The position numbers and the translations under genes are program-made. From Lama glama (lineage: Eukaryota), in NCBI GenBank assembly GCA_028534125.1, contig CM052818.1:40116001-40180000 (forward strand): DNA of 64,000 bases. The letters run 5' to 3'. The notes under the pieces were generated by a model, which did not search any database, had not been told where the DNA came from, and saw only the letters and a list, made by a program, of their open reading frames with translations. Shown here in pieces: positions 50,961-64,000 of this stretch (positions are counted from its first letter, which is position 1; each line of letters opens with the position of its first letter).

Positions 50961-52129
50961 GTTTGTCTGTTTAACTTCATCCCTGCACCACAAATTCTAG
51001 CTGCCTTAGTCTCTCCAAGCTCTTTTTTTTTTTTTTCACTCTTCATCTTAGTGAGACCGTTATGCTCTGCTTGAGTTTCCCCTCCCTGCACCACATTCTA
51101 GTATCAAACTGGACAATCACATGTGAATCCCAATACTATACTTCCTGTTATGTACTGTCTGAAAACAGTCATTTCATACATTTTTGTTTTGTTTTTATAG
51201 TGTTTATAGCAAGAGTTAACACCCAGTTATTTTAATCAGGCAGGAATTAGAAGCTGAAACTATGGATTTCTGAAAGTAGGGAATCAAACTGGTGGAAACA
51301 ATGAATTGGAGGAATGATGTAGGGTAAAATTTGGGTCGAGTAGAAATCAGAAAGGATGTGAGAATTCATGATTTTGGAGATGGAGCAGTTATTAGAGTGA
51401 CGCAGGGTCACAATATGAGAGGCTAGCTTCCTCTCCATCTTTTCTTGACAGCCAAATGGGAAGAAAGTGGAAAAAACATCAGTCAGCTAATTGGGACTAC
51501 TGTGCATACACGTTTACAAATTCACTTACTAAGCAATGCAGGCAATCAGTCATTTATTACCCAAACATTCTCTGGGTATCAGTCAAGGTTAAGACAAAAA
51601 TGTATGGAAATTCAGAATTATAAAGTTTACCCTGTGGCTAGGATGAGAGCCTAGGGAACTAATTAATCTTAGGAGAAGACATCATGACTGAGTGAAATAG
51701 AACTCTGGAAATGGAGTAAGATGTCCTAGTTAATACAGTTGATAATTTTTAACAGAAATATTCCACATACAAATGCTATACCATATTTATAAACTTTTAT
51801 ATCCTTAGACAGTCATCAGATTACATCCTACTGAGGGAAATAAATCAGTCTATCCATCTATTTTGCTGTCAATGCCTCATAAAATAGTCGGTTTACATCT
51901 CAGACATAAGATAAAACAAAAGTCCACGGAGTATTTTCCTTCCAAAAAATGTTCCAGAAAATTACAAGTTATACTCTTTGGAATTGCCTGCCATATTATC
52001 AAAGGATCCCAGTCACCCAAGCATAAGCCAGAAAGGTGATATTACTTAGTGAGTCAGACACAATGAATTCCACTTCTGGGTCTGAATCTGCATAGTTCAG
52101 TGACTTTGGGCAAACTGCTAACTAGGAGA

Positions 52130-52800
52130 AAGAAGCAAGATACAGATTCAAGATATATAGAGGGAAAATGGACAGGAATAGTGGCTGACTGACTATATAT
52201 AGAGAAGAGTCAAAAGTGATTCCTTGTTTCCAAGCTTGAAGGACTTGAGAATAGTTGTACCGTACATAAAGAGAAACAGAAGAAAGAGGTCTTAAGGGAA
52301 GTGAGTAACTTCAATTTTGAGAAAAGTGGAATTTGATCTCTAGGTGGAACTCAATGTTAGGCTTCTAAGTCGAATCCTCCAGTGGAAATTAAATGGTTTG
52401 ACATTAAATATTGGAGCTCAGAAGGGAATCTAGTCATTCATACATTTTATTCAATTCAACCAACAATAGTCAAATATTTATTTTTCCAGTCACTGTGCCA
52501 GTTATTGGAGACTCAGAAATAAAAGACAGGATAATATAATCTGCCTTATAAACTGTTTGGTTCCTGAGCTCCTTGAGAGTAATCACTAAGTGCCCAGTTA
52601 TCTGGGCTAAGATAGAGGTAGGGACACAGCGCTCTGGAAACAAGAGGTAAGGAATCAGATTAGGCTTCCAGAGGAATGGAACTAAGTCTTGAAGGAAGAG
52701 TAGGGGTTTGCCAGACAGAGAAGATGAGGAAGGCCTTGAGGCATTGGAGACAGGGTTTGTAAAATTATAGAGGCTTTCACCAGCGTAATAGGCACAGGGA
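52130..52800 (-). mobile_element. L2 fragments (antisense)
   Basis: GAGAAGAGTCAAAAGTGATTCC..., then CATTCA...CAAATATTTATT...CTGTGCCAG...TGGAGACTCAG. Confidence 0.65.
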
Positions 52801-52859
52801 CCCTTGACAAGTGCATACATAACTTTCAGTAACACCAGATTCCTCACTGTATTCTTATC

Positions 52860-53390
52860 ACACTGCCCGTTTCTTCTTCTGGACCTTTGTTACCTCCTCC
52901 CCTGCTCAGCTCCTGAATGACAGCACTCCCTCCCTGGCTGCTTCTCTTCCGTCCACATTCTCTCCCTAAGTGATCACATCTGGGGTTTCACATATCATTG
53001 TCATATCAGAGATTCTTCTCTGAACTCAGACACTTACAGCCTTTGACATCTCCATGTTACAACACTCTTTCAGAAAAAAACACAAATACAAATGGAAAAA
53101 ACCCACGTACCCTTTTCCCTAACCTGCTCCAAATCCACTGTTTTCTGTAAACAGCAACCTCATCTACTGATTATTCAAACCAAAAGGAGTCACCCATTCT
53201 TCCTCTCTTGGCCTTACCTCCTACATCAGATCAGCCAAAAGATACTGTGGTAATTGTATATTCTATGTCTTCTCTACCACTCCTCAAGTCCTACCTGCCA
53301 ACATCTGTCACTTGGACAACTGTCACTGCTTCCTAGGCAATTCCCTACTTTCTTGTTCATGTACAGTCATTCTTCTACTCAACTGTGACC
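52860..53390 (+). mobile_element. L2 fragment (sense)
   Basis: TTCTCTCCCTAAGTGATCACATC, TCTCTGAACTCAGAC and CATCTGTCACTTGGACAACTG. Confidence 0.65.
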
Positions 53391-53599
53391 TTTGAGAGGG
53401 GAGTTTCAGGGGCAGTGGGACAAAAACCAGATAGGAAGGATTTAAAAGTAAGGGGGCAAGATTTTTGTATTCGTTCATTTATTCCTTTATTAATTCATTT
53501 AATGTGAACAAAACGTAGGCATTTTCTTTCAGAAAGATGTCAACATACTAGTAGAAAGGGAGAAAAAAATGAACATGCAAGAGGATCATGTATAGAAGT

Positions 53600-53835
53600 A
53601 AAATTCTAGGACACTGACGAGAGGTAGTACGGACACTGCAGCGGTTAGGGAGATGGGATCCAGAACTAGAAGCTTTTTGCTCATATATGAGCAACATGAC
53701 ATTGGGCAAATCGTTAAACTTGCAGAGCCTCAATTTTCTTATAAGTAAAATGGAGGTGGCGGATGGTGGTTGTGGGGAGTAAATGAGCGACACGCAAAAA
53801 GGGCTGAAAGCAGAGTTTGGCACAGAGAAAACACC
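53600..53835 (+). mobile_element. MIR SINE
   Basis: TGACATTGGGCAAATCGTTAAACTTGCAGAGCCTCAATTTTCTTATAAGTAAAATGGAG core. Confidence 0.8.
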
Positions 53836-53984
53836 CATTAAATTTCTGACATTAAAAAAAAAAAGGTAATTGATGGATATCCAAAAATGTGAAAAGACAG
53901 TATAGTCTGCTTTGTAAAGGAAAAATCATGATCATCTGTAACGAGTAAAATGGAGGTCTTGTATATTAAATAATTGTAATAACA

Positions 53985-54220
53985 TCAGCTACCCTGTAAT
54001 GATTGTTTACTGTGTGTAAGGCATAATGTTAAGTATCTTACATAATTTATGTTATCTTTCCAGTAACCCTGTGAGGTCAATACCAACGTTATCCGCCACT
54101 TACAGACTATGATATGAAGGTTTAAGGAGATGAAATAACTCACCCAAGATCACCCAGATAGTGCGTCAAGATTTGAATGTAAGTTTACCAAATTCTGTCC
54201 TCTAAACAGCTGTACCATAT
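53985..54220 (-). mobile_element. MIR SINE
   Basis: AACCCTGTGAGGT...CCACTTACAGA...AAATAACTCACCCAAGATCACCCAG. Confidence 0.8.
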
Positions 54221-57200
54221 TGCATGTCGATTCCCTGCTCTGCAAATTTGAAAAGGAACGTCCCAAATGGGTATTAAAATCACCACCCTTTCAATACAAT
54301 CAGAAGAGAATGAAGTGACTTTATATTGCATACATTGATACTCTCCCTTTATTGAAACACACTTCCTACAACTAATGAAGCAAAAACAACCAAACCGTCC
54401 TTCAGAATTCCTTTGTGATCAGAGTTAGCCTTCCACAGGGTAGAAATCGAATTTCCACAGAGAGGACGAAAAGCATCCGTCATCCTGAACCGTGACGATG
54501 CTGGTGGCTGACAGAGAAACCTGCCCAAGGACAATGATCCCAAGCAGATGGCAATAAAGTTAATTTAACATTTTTATAGGAAATTTTAAAATCAAAAATA
54601 TGCTTTCAAAATTCTCTTTTATCCCTAAGGCATGTTCTAAATATTTGCTCTTTGGGCTTCTGTAATAGGACTACCATGTCTGGACCCACAATACACAAAA
54701 ATAACCCTAGACTGACCTGGAAGGTCGGGGCCTAGTGAGTGATAAATCTGTTAGCCCCAATTTGGAGAGCAAAGTATTTTCTAGAGGTCACAGCACTAGC
54801 CATTCACACAGGCCTTACAAATGCTTTCAGAGGTGCCCCCTAGTAAAATTGTGACCAGTACTTTGATCTCAGGGGTCTCTTTCTTTTTGTAACATGTCCG
54901 AATACCTGGGATTAGAAGGCAGGCAGAAGTCAGAGTGAAATTAAACAAACAGTAGAGAGTGACCAGCCAGGGTGGCTTCTAGTACTGAGGTCATGTGTTT
55001 GCCTTCCTACTTGCAAATCAAGGTGAAAAGTGCACCCTGAGCTCCGGCCAAATATGGTTTATAAACACACATGAAAGAAGGGCTAGCTCTCTTGCCTGAG
55101 ACTAATGGGGACCCCAAAAATCAATAGCTGATTTGGGACAACAAGACTAAGTCAACATTGGACCAAAAGATATTGGCTGTATCCAACTCGCCCTTAATCT
55201 CAGGTAAACTTGTAGTAAATTCAACATTACTCATTTCCCTGGCTGCACTTCTCCCCGACTCGGAAGGAGAGCTGATGTAAGAGGCACACACAAAAGCCAC
55301 CACTTGTTTCTTCTAATCAGATCCCTTTCTTCTCCGACTCATGACAGATTGCTGTTTGCACACCTTTTTTTGGTCCTAAGTTTAGTTCGGTCAGCAAGAG
55401 CTCTTCGCAGAGAGAGAAAGCAGCTGATGGACCCCCCACTGTTCCGCCCGTTCTGGCATCCGAGTGCAATCAGAGAACCATCAGGAGCACGGTCCTCCGT
55501 AAGGGAAAGGCCGCTAATGGTGAACTTGTAACGTGGAAGGTTTCTTTCACCCATCATTAGGAGACATGCAAGGCAAAGTTAATGAGTATTAGGAGTGATG
55601 CTGTCACCGGATTTCTTAAAGACTTTAAACTGCATCACAGATTCAAGACCCTCACATCAAAGGCTTTTACGGCTTAGGGGTGGGATGGGACTAAGTCCCA
55701 CGGCCTGTGGTCTCCACTCCTGAATTTACAAGATGTAAGAGTCCCAGACCAACCTCTCCGATATAAATCTATTCAGAATATTTTGGCTTAGAAGTCAACT
55801 TGCACAGAGATTTTTCCAAAACAACCCAAGGGAAAAGGGAGTGAGATTCGCAGGCATGTGCACTATTACCATCCACATTTTGCAGATGAGGAGACTACCT
55901 GAGATGACAGGATGAATACAAGGTGAATCTGGCACGCACGCCCAGGGAGCCTGACTCCAGGGTGGGTGTGCTTAGCCACCGAGCTCTGCTGCTACGTGAC
56001 CTTAGTGTGCATGTTAACGTCTGAACCTTGGCTCTCTCATTCAATAAAAGGCATATTTTTAATACACATCTAACAGTGTTGTGATGAGTGGTCAACAGAA
56101 ATGTATGTCAGATACTTAGTAATGGCTGGGAACCCAGAGATCAAAAAAGGCCAACACTTTTCTATTGTTTTCTTTGATAAAGAAACTGAAAATACACACA
56201 GCGCTGATTCTCTGGGCTACTTCTTGGCACTGCTCATTGCTTCATATATTTTTCCTTCTAGGTTTTTTGGTCAAAATGAGTCTTATTTTAAATTTATATT
56301 TTTGCTGACAGTCTTTTATCTCAGATTTGGGCTATACCCTTTGAAAACAAATATCCATGCCAAGGCCTCCTCATCAGGAAAGGGGTTCATCTCTCCTCTC
56401 TCTGTCTAAAGGCTTCAGCTTTTTCACTTAGCTGAGAATATAGCTCTTAGAGCTTTGGTAAATAATAAAGAGCTAGCAGCCCAAAGGGCACCTGGAATGA
56501 CTGCTTCCTGGACCGGTACTGCATCCATAGTGATGCGTGGAGGAAACACTGAGCGTGCTCAGTGCGAATGAAGAGAGTTCAGAGTTAGAGATTTGGAGTC
56601 TCAACCCTCCTCTTGTCTTAAAGTTTGGGCAAATTGTGCCCGAAGAGGAATAAACTTGCCCAAGGTCCACAATATAGCAGTGGACAGCCTCCTGTATGTG
56701 GTAGTGTCCAGGTGCCGGGGAAACCTCCCTTCATCCTCATATGAAAAATATTAAAATATTCATACATGGAGTGCTTGTTGTTTTCAGGCAATTGACTAGG
56801 TCTACACATTCATCAAGGCGCACATGTTTTGGCCTGGTGCTGAATGGCTGATTATTAAAATCAATATTTGGCTGGAAGCCAAGGCAGGGATTGAGTATCA
56901 CTATTCATAGACTGTACTTTTGAGATACAAGAATAAATCTGAGGTCTTATCAAAAAGTAAATATTATTGCAACTTTATCTTCACCATTTCATACTCAAAT
57001 TTTAAAAGATTGATAAAGTGTAGGAAAAATCATTTCTTAGCGCTATCAGTTGCCGATTACTCTGGTGTTCACCGTACTGTACAACTGCAACAATAAAGAG
57101 ATGCTCATTTTCAGCCAAGGTCATCAGAGGAGCAAGATAGTTTGTGGTCTGCTTTGCCAATATGAGGCACTACTGAAGTTCATGTTACTCCCAAGTTATC

Positions 57201-60200
57201 GAGCTTCCCTTCCCCTCCAATTGTAACTGACTGAAGTCAATATCCATCTCCTTCCTCTTCATCTTCCCTGAAGATATGGTCCCTAAAGTCATCTCATAAG
57301 CTAAAGGCTTTACTTAAAGAAGAAGCTTTCAAGATGAAGGATGCTTGAAGACTATTTTCAGAAGCAGGACTGAAGTTGATGGTCTTACCCATCACCATGT
57401 GGACTTAAAAAAATCTTATTTAATCCAACAACGCTTTGTGCAGATATCACATCTCTGTTTTACCATGAAGAAATTAAGCGTTAGGAAACTTAAATGACTT
57501 ATCTAAGTTGGTGATTAAATAGGATTTTGGCCCAAGCAGTTTCAGAGCTGTACACAGTGCTACACAACAGACAGCAGTTGTGTACTCAATGCCTGCCATG
57601 TGTCTGAACTGACATATACATAATTCATTAATTCTTACACAAAAAATTGAAGTAGCCATTCTTATGCCTACTTTACAGATGGCCTGGGGCCTAACCTAAT
57701 TTCTTAGGATTTGAACCCAGCTGTCTAATTCTTCAGTAAACACTGCTACCTACTGTACTACCCTGTATCTAACCACTTTTTCCACCCTCTGAAGATTCTT
57801 TCAACAATATTCTATGACTATAATTGAGCTCTGACCATATGCCAGGCACTGATTAAGTTTAAAGACTAGCATTTCCCCCCAAAAAGCATGAACGCTTATT
57901 CCACATGGAGAATTAGATGTGCACGGTCACTTGGGAAAAAGAATACCCAGGAACACAGCACGCTTTCAGCAAATTAGAGAAAACAGTAGATTTGGATGCA
58001 GCATAAGAAAACAAAAGAAAAGTTGGCATGGAACCAACTGCCCTGTTCCTTGCCATTTTGCCCAGGGTTTGTCCAATAAGAGGGGTATTAGGTTAGAAGA
58101 CAGGTCAGCTTCATAGCAGTCCCTTGCAGCAAGCCAACCTCTCTTTCTCTTGACCTCCCACCCCAGGCTCTTCCCCTGGGAGAGGGCAGGAGGCACCAGT
58201 GCAACCCAACTTTGCTGCCTGGAATAAGGTGGAGCTAATTCCTTCCCTGGGACATTTGCTTTTACTGAAATATTTTCTCCCATTTCCAGTTAGCCCATTT
58301 TCCATTATGTGAATCCATCTGACAGTTTAAACAGAACTATTACATTTTTTTCCCCTAAAGTGTGTGTTAAATGCAACATTTAATATAATGAGCCCAAGGT
58401 GAGGAAAGTTCACCGTAAAGATGAATATTCCTCTTTAAAAAAAAATTAGACCCAATTAATAGCTAGATGGTATAAACTTACAAACAATGAAAGGGGAAGC
58501 AGGTTTTTTTCCTTTTTCTTTTAAATTAAACCACAAGGTCTATTGGTTTGTTTTAAAGCCTGCATACTGATATATTTCATACATCATGGCTATTTTCTTA
58601 AAGGAAAAATATAAAACTATTTTATTAACCACTATTCCCTCATATTTACTGTAAGGTAAACAGCCGCCCTAGGTAACAGCACTTTTTCTCCTAAATTACT
58701 GCTTCCCCCTGCTCCCTGGAGACGTAACTAACGCCAGTTTGACAAAGATTGATCCTCAGTGGAGAGTGAGGAAGGCGGGCTTCTCACAATGCACTCCGCA
58801 CTTTGCGGTCCTCAGCGGTTGAGTTCCAAATCCTACCCAAACCTCTCAAGGTTCAGACTCTCTCGCTTTTCCCAGCAAAATCAAAACTTGTTTCTTAGGA
58901 AGGTCCTAGCTAACATTGCTTATTAAGATGAGTTCTCGAATATTGCCTTTCCCTTAGCTAACAGCAGGCTGAGGATTTAAGACAAAATGAATCAGAAACA
59001 TATGGCATGCATTTCTCTTAATAATGCTCTGGGTTTTTTATAATTAAAGGAGAACAGTGCTACAGGCAAAGTATGCTTTGAGAAGCTATTGAAAGGCAAA
59101 GGTTGAGTGGGATTGAGGAAGATCCATGAATGTGAAAGAAAAGGCCCACTTGGCCTTGACATTTGCAGCAAGTCCATCATGGAAATTGCTTAAGAGACTA
59201 TTCCATTTGCGCCCTTTCTCCGTATTTATTTCATTTTCTTTTTCATCGTCTACTTCCTTTGATCCCCCACCCCCATACACACCACTCCTGGCCCCTTTAC
59301 CAAGATCTTCCTACTTATTAAAGTTAATATACTACTTGTTTAGAAGCCTCTATATGCTAAGATCTACATGAAATGAAGGTAGATGCTCAATAATTAAGTG
59401 TGTGACCAAGTTCTAGTCCTGAGGTTACATTTAATTAACCTAACCATGAAGCGATCTTAGTATCAATCTCATTGAAAATCCATGGGGGCTTGATATTGGC
59501 TTATAAGGGTTCTCATCATCTGTCTGTCTGTGTGTTCAGTGTATTTTTCTGTGAGAGACAGAGAAGAGGATCCAACACAGCTGGGTTACAACCTGTCAAT
59601 TAACAGTCTGCCTTGGAGAAGTCCCTCCATTTTCTTGAATCTCAGGTTTTTAGATCCACAAACTGGAAATGATAATAATGCTACATTAGAGGTCTGTGGT
59701 AAGAAGGAAATAAGATACTGGCTTAAAAATTGTTTTGGAAGTTGTGTTCAAATTAATTTTGAATACATGATCTTTACCACCACAGGCCTTTAAGTATTTA
59801 AAAAGGCTGTCTCAGACATGTTCTGTATTTTACTGTCATTAGGTTGCCCCTAGATTCTCTATACCATTTTTGAACATTATTTTTCCTCAGACAGAGAGAA
59901 ACTGGATAGACCAAGTGTCCAGTTGGTGTACTTGTAGCCCAAATTCCCAAGCAGAATTCCTTTAAGAATTCCACCTTCTTCGAATGTTGGCCCTTCCGAG
60001 TCTGTAAACTGTCCAGCCGGTTTTCAGAGAGAGTCAAATAAAGTGATCCTATTCTAAAATTATTATCTAAACCAGAATTGTACAACTCTACTCTCATTTT
60101 TCTAGTCTGTCATCTTATGTTTTGGAATCGAACTGAAATCTCCTTCTAGAAAGGACTCAATATTTCATTTGCCAAGGGTCTTCCAAGTGTCCTGCCCTGA

Positions 60201-60569
60201 ACTAGGCCACCCCCTATATGCCATCTCGTTTAATTTTATCTCCACCGGCCATATGTTAAACCAGGATTTTGAGGGGGTCATGGAGCCCTGCTTGGTTATA
60301 AAACCAGGAATAAATCAAGCATTACATTGATTAGGAAGCAAGGGCCACCTGGCTGGCCACTCGGCCCAGCTGCTGGAGCTGTCCATCAAAGTGATGCTCT
60401 TCCTCCTCGCACAGCCACATGGGCAGCTTCTGGTCTGCACTCCAGGAGTGCCTGGCTTTGGATAGGGTTAAGCCTTCTGAGACGTAAGCCCATTTCAATG
60501 ATTTTAGGGCAAGAGAAGCAAATAGGATGCAGAGACAAGGAAGGGGAGTGCTCCTTTGAGAAGAGGTGC

Positions 60570-60810
60570 AGCACAGTGCAGTGCAGTGAACTCTGGAGCA
60601 GGCGCTGGCTGAGATTCAAATCTTGGCCCCCATCCTTCCATGTAGTAAGCTAAGTGACCTTGCCCAAGTCACTATTCTGGGATTCATTTCCTCATCTGTA
60701 AAATGTGGATGATCATTCCAGCCCTCCCCACCTTACATGGAAATGGTGGAAGTTAAATAACATTTTAAAAAAAAAGAAAACTGAGGAACTGCTTATGTGC
60801 AGTGCTGAGA
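60570..60810 (+). mobile_element. MIR SINE
   Basis: GATTCAAATCTTGGC...GTGACCTTGCCCAAGTCACT...TTTCCTCATCTGTAAAATG. Confidence 0.85.
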
Positions 60811-63800
60811 ATCACAAAGACGTTATCACCTACCATCTGTGATGTACTGGGGATACAGCCACTGTTCTCCTTCCTAGGGTGGTGGAGGAGAGGCATCTGG
60901 AGAGAAAACTGCACAGGCTTTCCCTATTTGATTTTTTCTAGAACATGACTGAGAGCCCCAGGCCCTGGGCCCTGGTGGCCTTGCTTGACTCTGCCCAGGG
61001 CCTCTGTCTCTGGCCTCTGCTGAGCATGTTGCTGAGCAAGAGGCTGACGGTCCCTCAGAAACTTCTCTCCAAGGAGCAACAGGGCATCGTCTCCTCTCCC
61101 AGCCTGGCTAGATCCTCATGGGAACAGGACTCAGCAGATGGACAGAGCAATCAGCCAGAGGCAACAGGAATCTGGAGGAATGGAAATGAAATGCAGCCAG
61201 GTGTAGTCAAGGCCGTGATCAAAGGCGTCCCATGAGAAGAAACATGGCTCACTGAAGACAGGGACTGTGGGAAAGCTTTTCCCTGCATGTTGTATTAACC
61301 AACGCTGTTTTATGCAACTTACAATCACGGAAGATTTACTCTAACCATGTTTAGACCATCCAAGATATGATTCCAGATGGGATACTGTGGACAAGCGGAG
61401 GAGAGGGGCAGGGTGCGAAGAGAAGGAAGGAGAGGAGACAGTAAATTTGAGAGCGAGAGAAACAAGACAAAAGGGGAGAGAGAGGGCATCTGATCCCTAG
61501 TAGGATGAAGTCACACTTTTTGTACAGAACCAACTTTAAGCTCTCCCCATCATTCATAGAAAACAAAATGTGGTAGCACAACCCATTTATTCATCCAATT
61601 TCCCTTTCTCCCAACCTCCTTGAAGTTAAGGAACCCTGAGTTCAACCATATCTCTATGACCTCAATCTATACTCCTCTGAAAAGCAATGTAGAAAAGAAA
61701 AAAAGCATGTGTGCATATGGGAGTGTGTGTGTGTGGGGGGGTGGGGTTGGGGCAGAGCTGCTCCCTTCCCAGGGTCCGGACGCATTTTGCTACAGGAGCC
61801 TTTCTAGTAGGATGGCTGAGACAGCAAGCCCAGCTCAGGTTTCATGAGACTTTATCCTGTCTGAGGGCTGGTCGCAGAGCAAAGTCGGGTGTATTTCAGA
61901 GGTTGATTAAAGCTCTCACAAATGCCAGCTTACATCATTTCAGTGACTATTAATTTAAAGAAAATATTTGCCTGGAAGAAAAAGAAAAACATTGCAAACC
62001 ATTCCTGTTTTATCACCAAGGGGTCCTATTCTCAGACAATCCTTTTCTTCACCACGAAGTGGGCAAGTCTGACCTGGGCAAAGTGATCAAGGTGGAGCAA
62101 TTAGAGGAACACGGGCCAGATTCTTCCAATTAGGTGACTGTGCACAGACCTCTGCCATGGTGATGGCAAAAAAACTACTGTTCAGTCCCCCATTCCCACT
62201 GCTCAAGTGATAAATGACCCCCAGCCTGCTCTCCCCAGAGCCGAGCGAGGCCGGTCTCTGGACAAAGGCCAGGGAAAACAGAACAAGATTTATAAGAGCC
62301 AAAGGCAGAGTGAAGAAGAGCCGCAGGGCATGGGGGGAAAGGCCCAAGGAGAAAATGTAGCATGTTTGAGTAGCTGCACGTTACTTTATGATGACAGGAT
62401 GGAGGCAGGAGGGGCGGAGGGGGGTGGTGGAGGGTAAGTGGCCACAGTCAAATCGCCAGTGTCTGGGCCGGCTGGGGACTTCTCTGCAGTTGGCCCAGCT
62501 CTTTGGAAAGTGGGAACACTGGCCCTGAAAATCCTGGTCTGGTTCCTTCATTCACTCCAGCTCCTTCTAAACAGACATCATTCAAGGAATGTCTTTAAAA
62601 CTAAGGAGACAAATGGAGACAGAGAAACAGCGGTCATGTGCTGCTAGATTAAAAGGCATGATGGTACAATTAAAGATATTTACCAGAGAAATTTGAACCC
62701 CATTACACGCCAGCGTACAGTATGCGAGGAAGAGCTGTTTTATATCATCAAAGACAAAAACCAGGTCTATAGGTAAGCTTTAAGAACAATAAACATCCTG
62801 AATTCAAGAATAAGTCTGTCAAATGAAGGGATATTGATTTTGGAACAAGGAATATTATGTCAAACAACATTAGTTTAATTGATCTGAATTTAGTTTAAGT
62901 ACTAAAAGCATTTATATACAAACAGCAAATGAAAATTAACTGCAGCTGAAGCCCCGCTGCTCGTTCTCAGGGGTTTCGCATAGACCAGAACCTGGCACCC
63001 AACAGGCCTGCTTGGAGTCGCGAGCACAGGGGATGGAGCTGGGGTTTCTTCCCTGCATGACAACTGGGGAGGCAATGTGCTTTCTCTCAGAGGTAGGAAC
63101 ATTTAACACCGGCCTTTGACTTCTCAAAATACACAAATGCTGTTTCTTGCTCCAAAGGAATTCATGAGAGGACATGGGGCAAGGCCAGGAGCAAGGAGTC
63201 GAGTGGGTACTCAAGTAAGTGAATGAGAGTAGCCCCGGCAATGCCTCTGACCACTTGGCTTGGCCCTGTCGGAAAGGATGCCTAACAAGGCTGCCTGTTC
63301 TCCACACAGAGTGGCCCCTTTCAGCAGCTGCCAGGCCCTGGGAGCCCCAGGTAGAGGCTCCAGGAAAGCACCTGGGCGCCCAGCCCGGGCAGGTCAGGTT
63401 CTCAATCAACAGCACCAGCTTCAGTCCCCCACGGTGATGAAATGGAGAGAGCCTGCAAAAGTGTCCAAACCCATTTCCTGCCTTGTTCTCTTGTTTCTTC
63501 TGAAAGAGATCACGAATCAATCACTTTTTCTTTTTTAACCCCCAACCCATAGCCGTCCCATAGAACTCACTCCGAAGTGTATAAATAGACAGAGCTGGAC
63601 GGCGGTAAAGCCAGGGCAGAGAGGCACACTTTCTCTTTAGTTATGCAAGTTTTGTGTGCAAGAATAATTGTGATTCCCCCCAAGGATCGTTCAAGGGAAT
63701 TCCAGAGGGAGCCTTCAGAGGTCCACCGGTCCTGGTTATCACCCCAAGTCCACTCTCGGAGGCTCCCCGTGAAGGAGTGAGGGTGTGATCTGCTCAGTTC

Positions 63801-64000
63801 TGTGTCAGACTCATTACTTAAGATCTAGTCAGCTCAGGAGCCAACCACATTTCCACTTTGTTTTCAGAAGGCCTGACAAAGGCCCCAGGATGTTGTTTTG
63901 TTTACATCTTGCCACCTGTGTCCTCTCCCCCTGAAAGCCGAATCTCTACTCCCAGATCAAAGGGCACTTAAGTGGAGCTGGAAGAACCATCTCTCCACCT

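Noticed and set aside
54831..54849. CTCF-like site (minus strand TTTTACTAGGGGGCACCTC)
   Set aside because: It lacks the conserved CC at the 5' side of the core and is too weak without ChIP data.
57170..57300. Purine-rich minus-strand stretch resembling an acidic coding exon (DDFRDHIFREDEEEGDGY)
   Set aside because: The frames I translated close quickly with stops, and I recognised no protein.
60376..60400. REST/NRSE half-site GGAGCTGTCC
   Set aside because: The partner half-site GGTGCTGA is absent at canonical or alternative spacing.
62936..63520. 194-aa minus-strand ORF
   Set aside because: GC-richer DNA is open in several overlapping frames, and no known motif is present.
63580..63587. 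TATAAATA as a TATA box
   Set aside because: No supporting CpG island, initiator or downstream exon is evident, and the 8-mer is common by chance.

Overview
This is 64 kb of non-coding placental-mammal DNA (intronic or intergenic), probably from a laurasiatherian. I can support no protein-coding exon, RNA gene or CRISPR array. The listed ORFs are either decayed LINE-1 ORF2 pieces or chance ORFs. The window is rich in ancient MIR, L2, L3/CR1, LTR and DNA-element remnants. It holds three large decayed L1s: a 3' fragment at 5.3-6.6 kb, a 5'-inverted copy at 7.2-11.0 kb, and a TSD-flanked end-to-end copy at 34.5-40.2 kb. There is also an orphan L1 5'-UTR at 40.2-40.7 kb. I found no young lineage-specific SINE. 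The most unusual structure is a non-transposon, three-piece templated insertion at 414-1014. It copies sequence from 2.5-3.2 kb and creates a ~500 bp inverted repeat about 96-97% identical (hand count), with microhomology at its internal junctions. Several repeat-free, homeodomain-motif-rich islands look like conserved enhancers, but the host gene cannot be identified. I see no evidence for a new gene system. Repeat family names come from recalled consensus features, not database searches.
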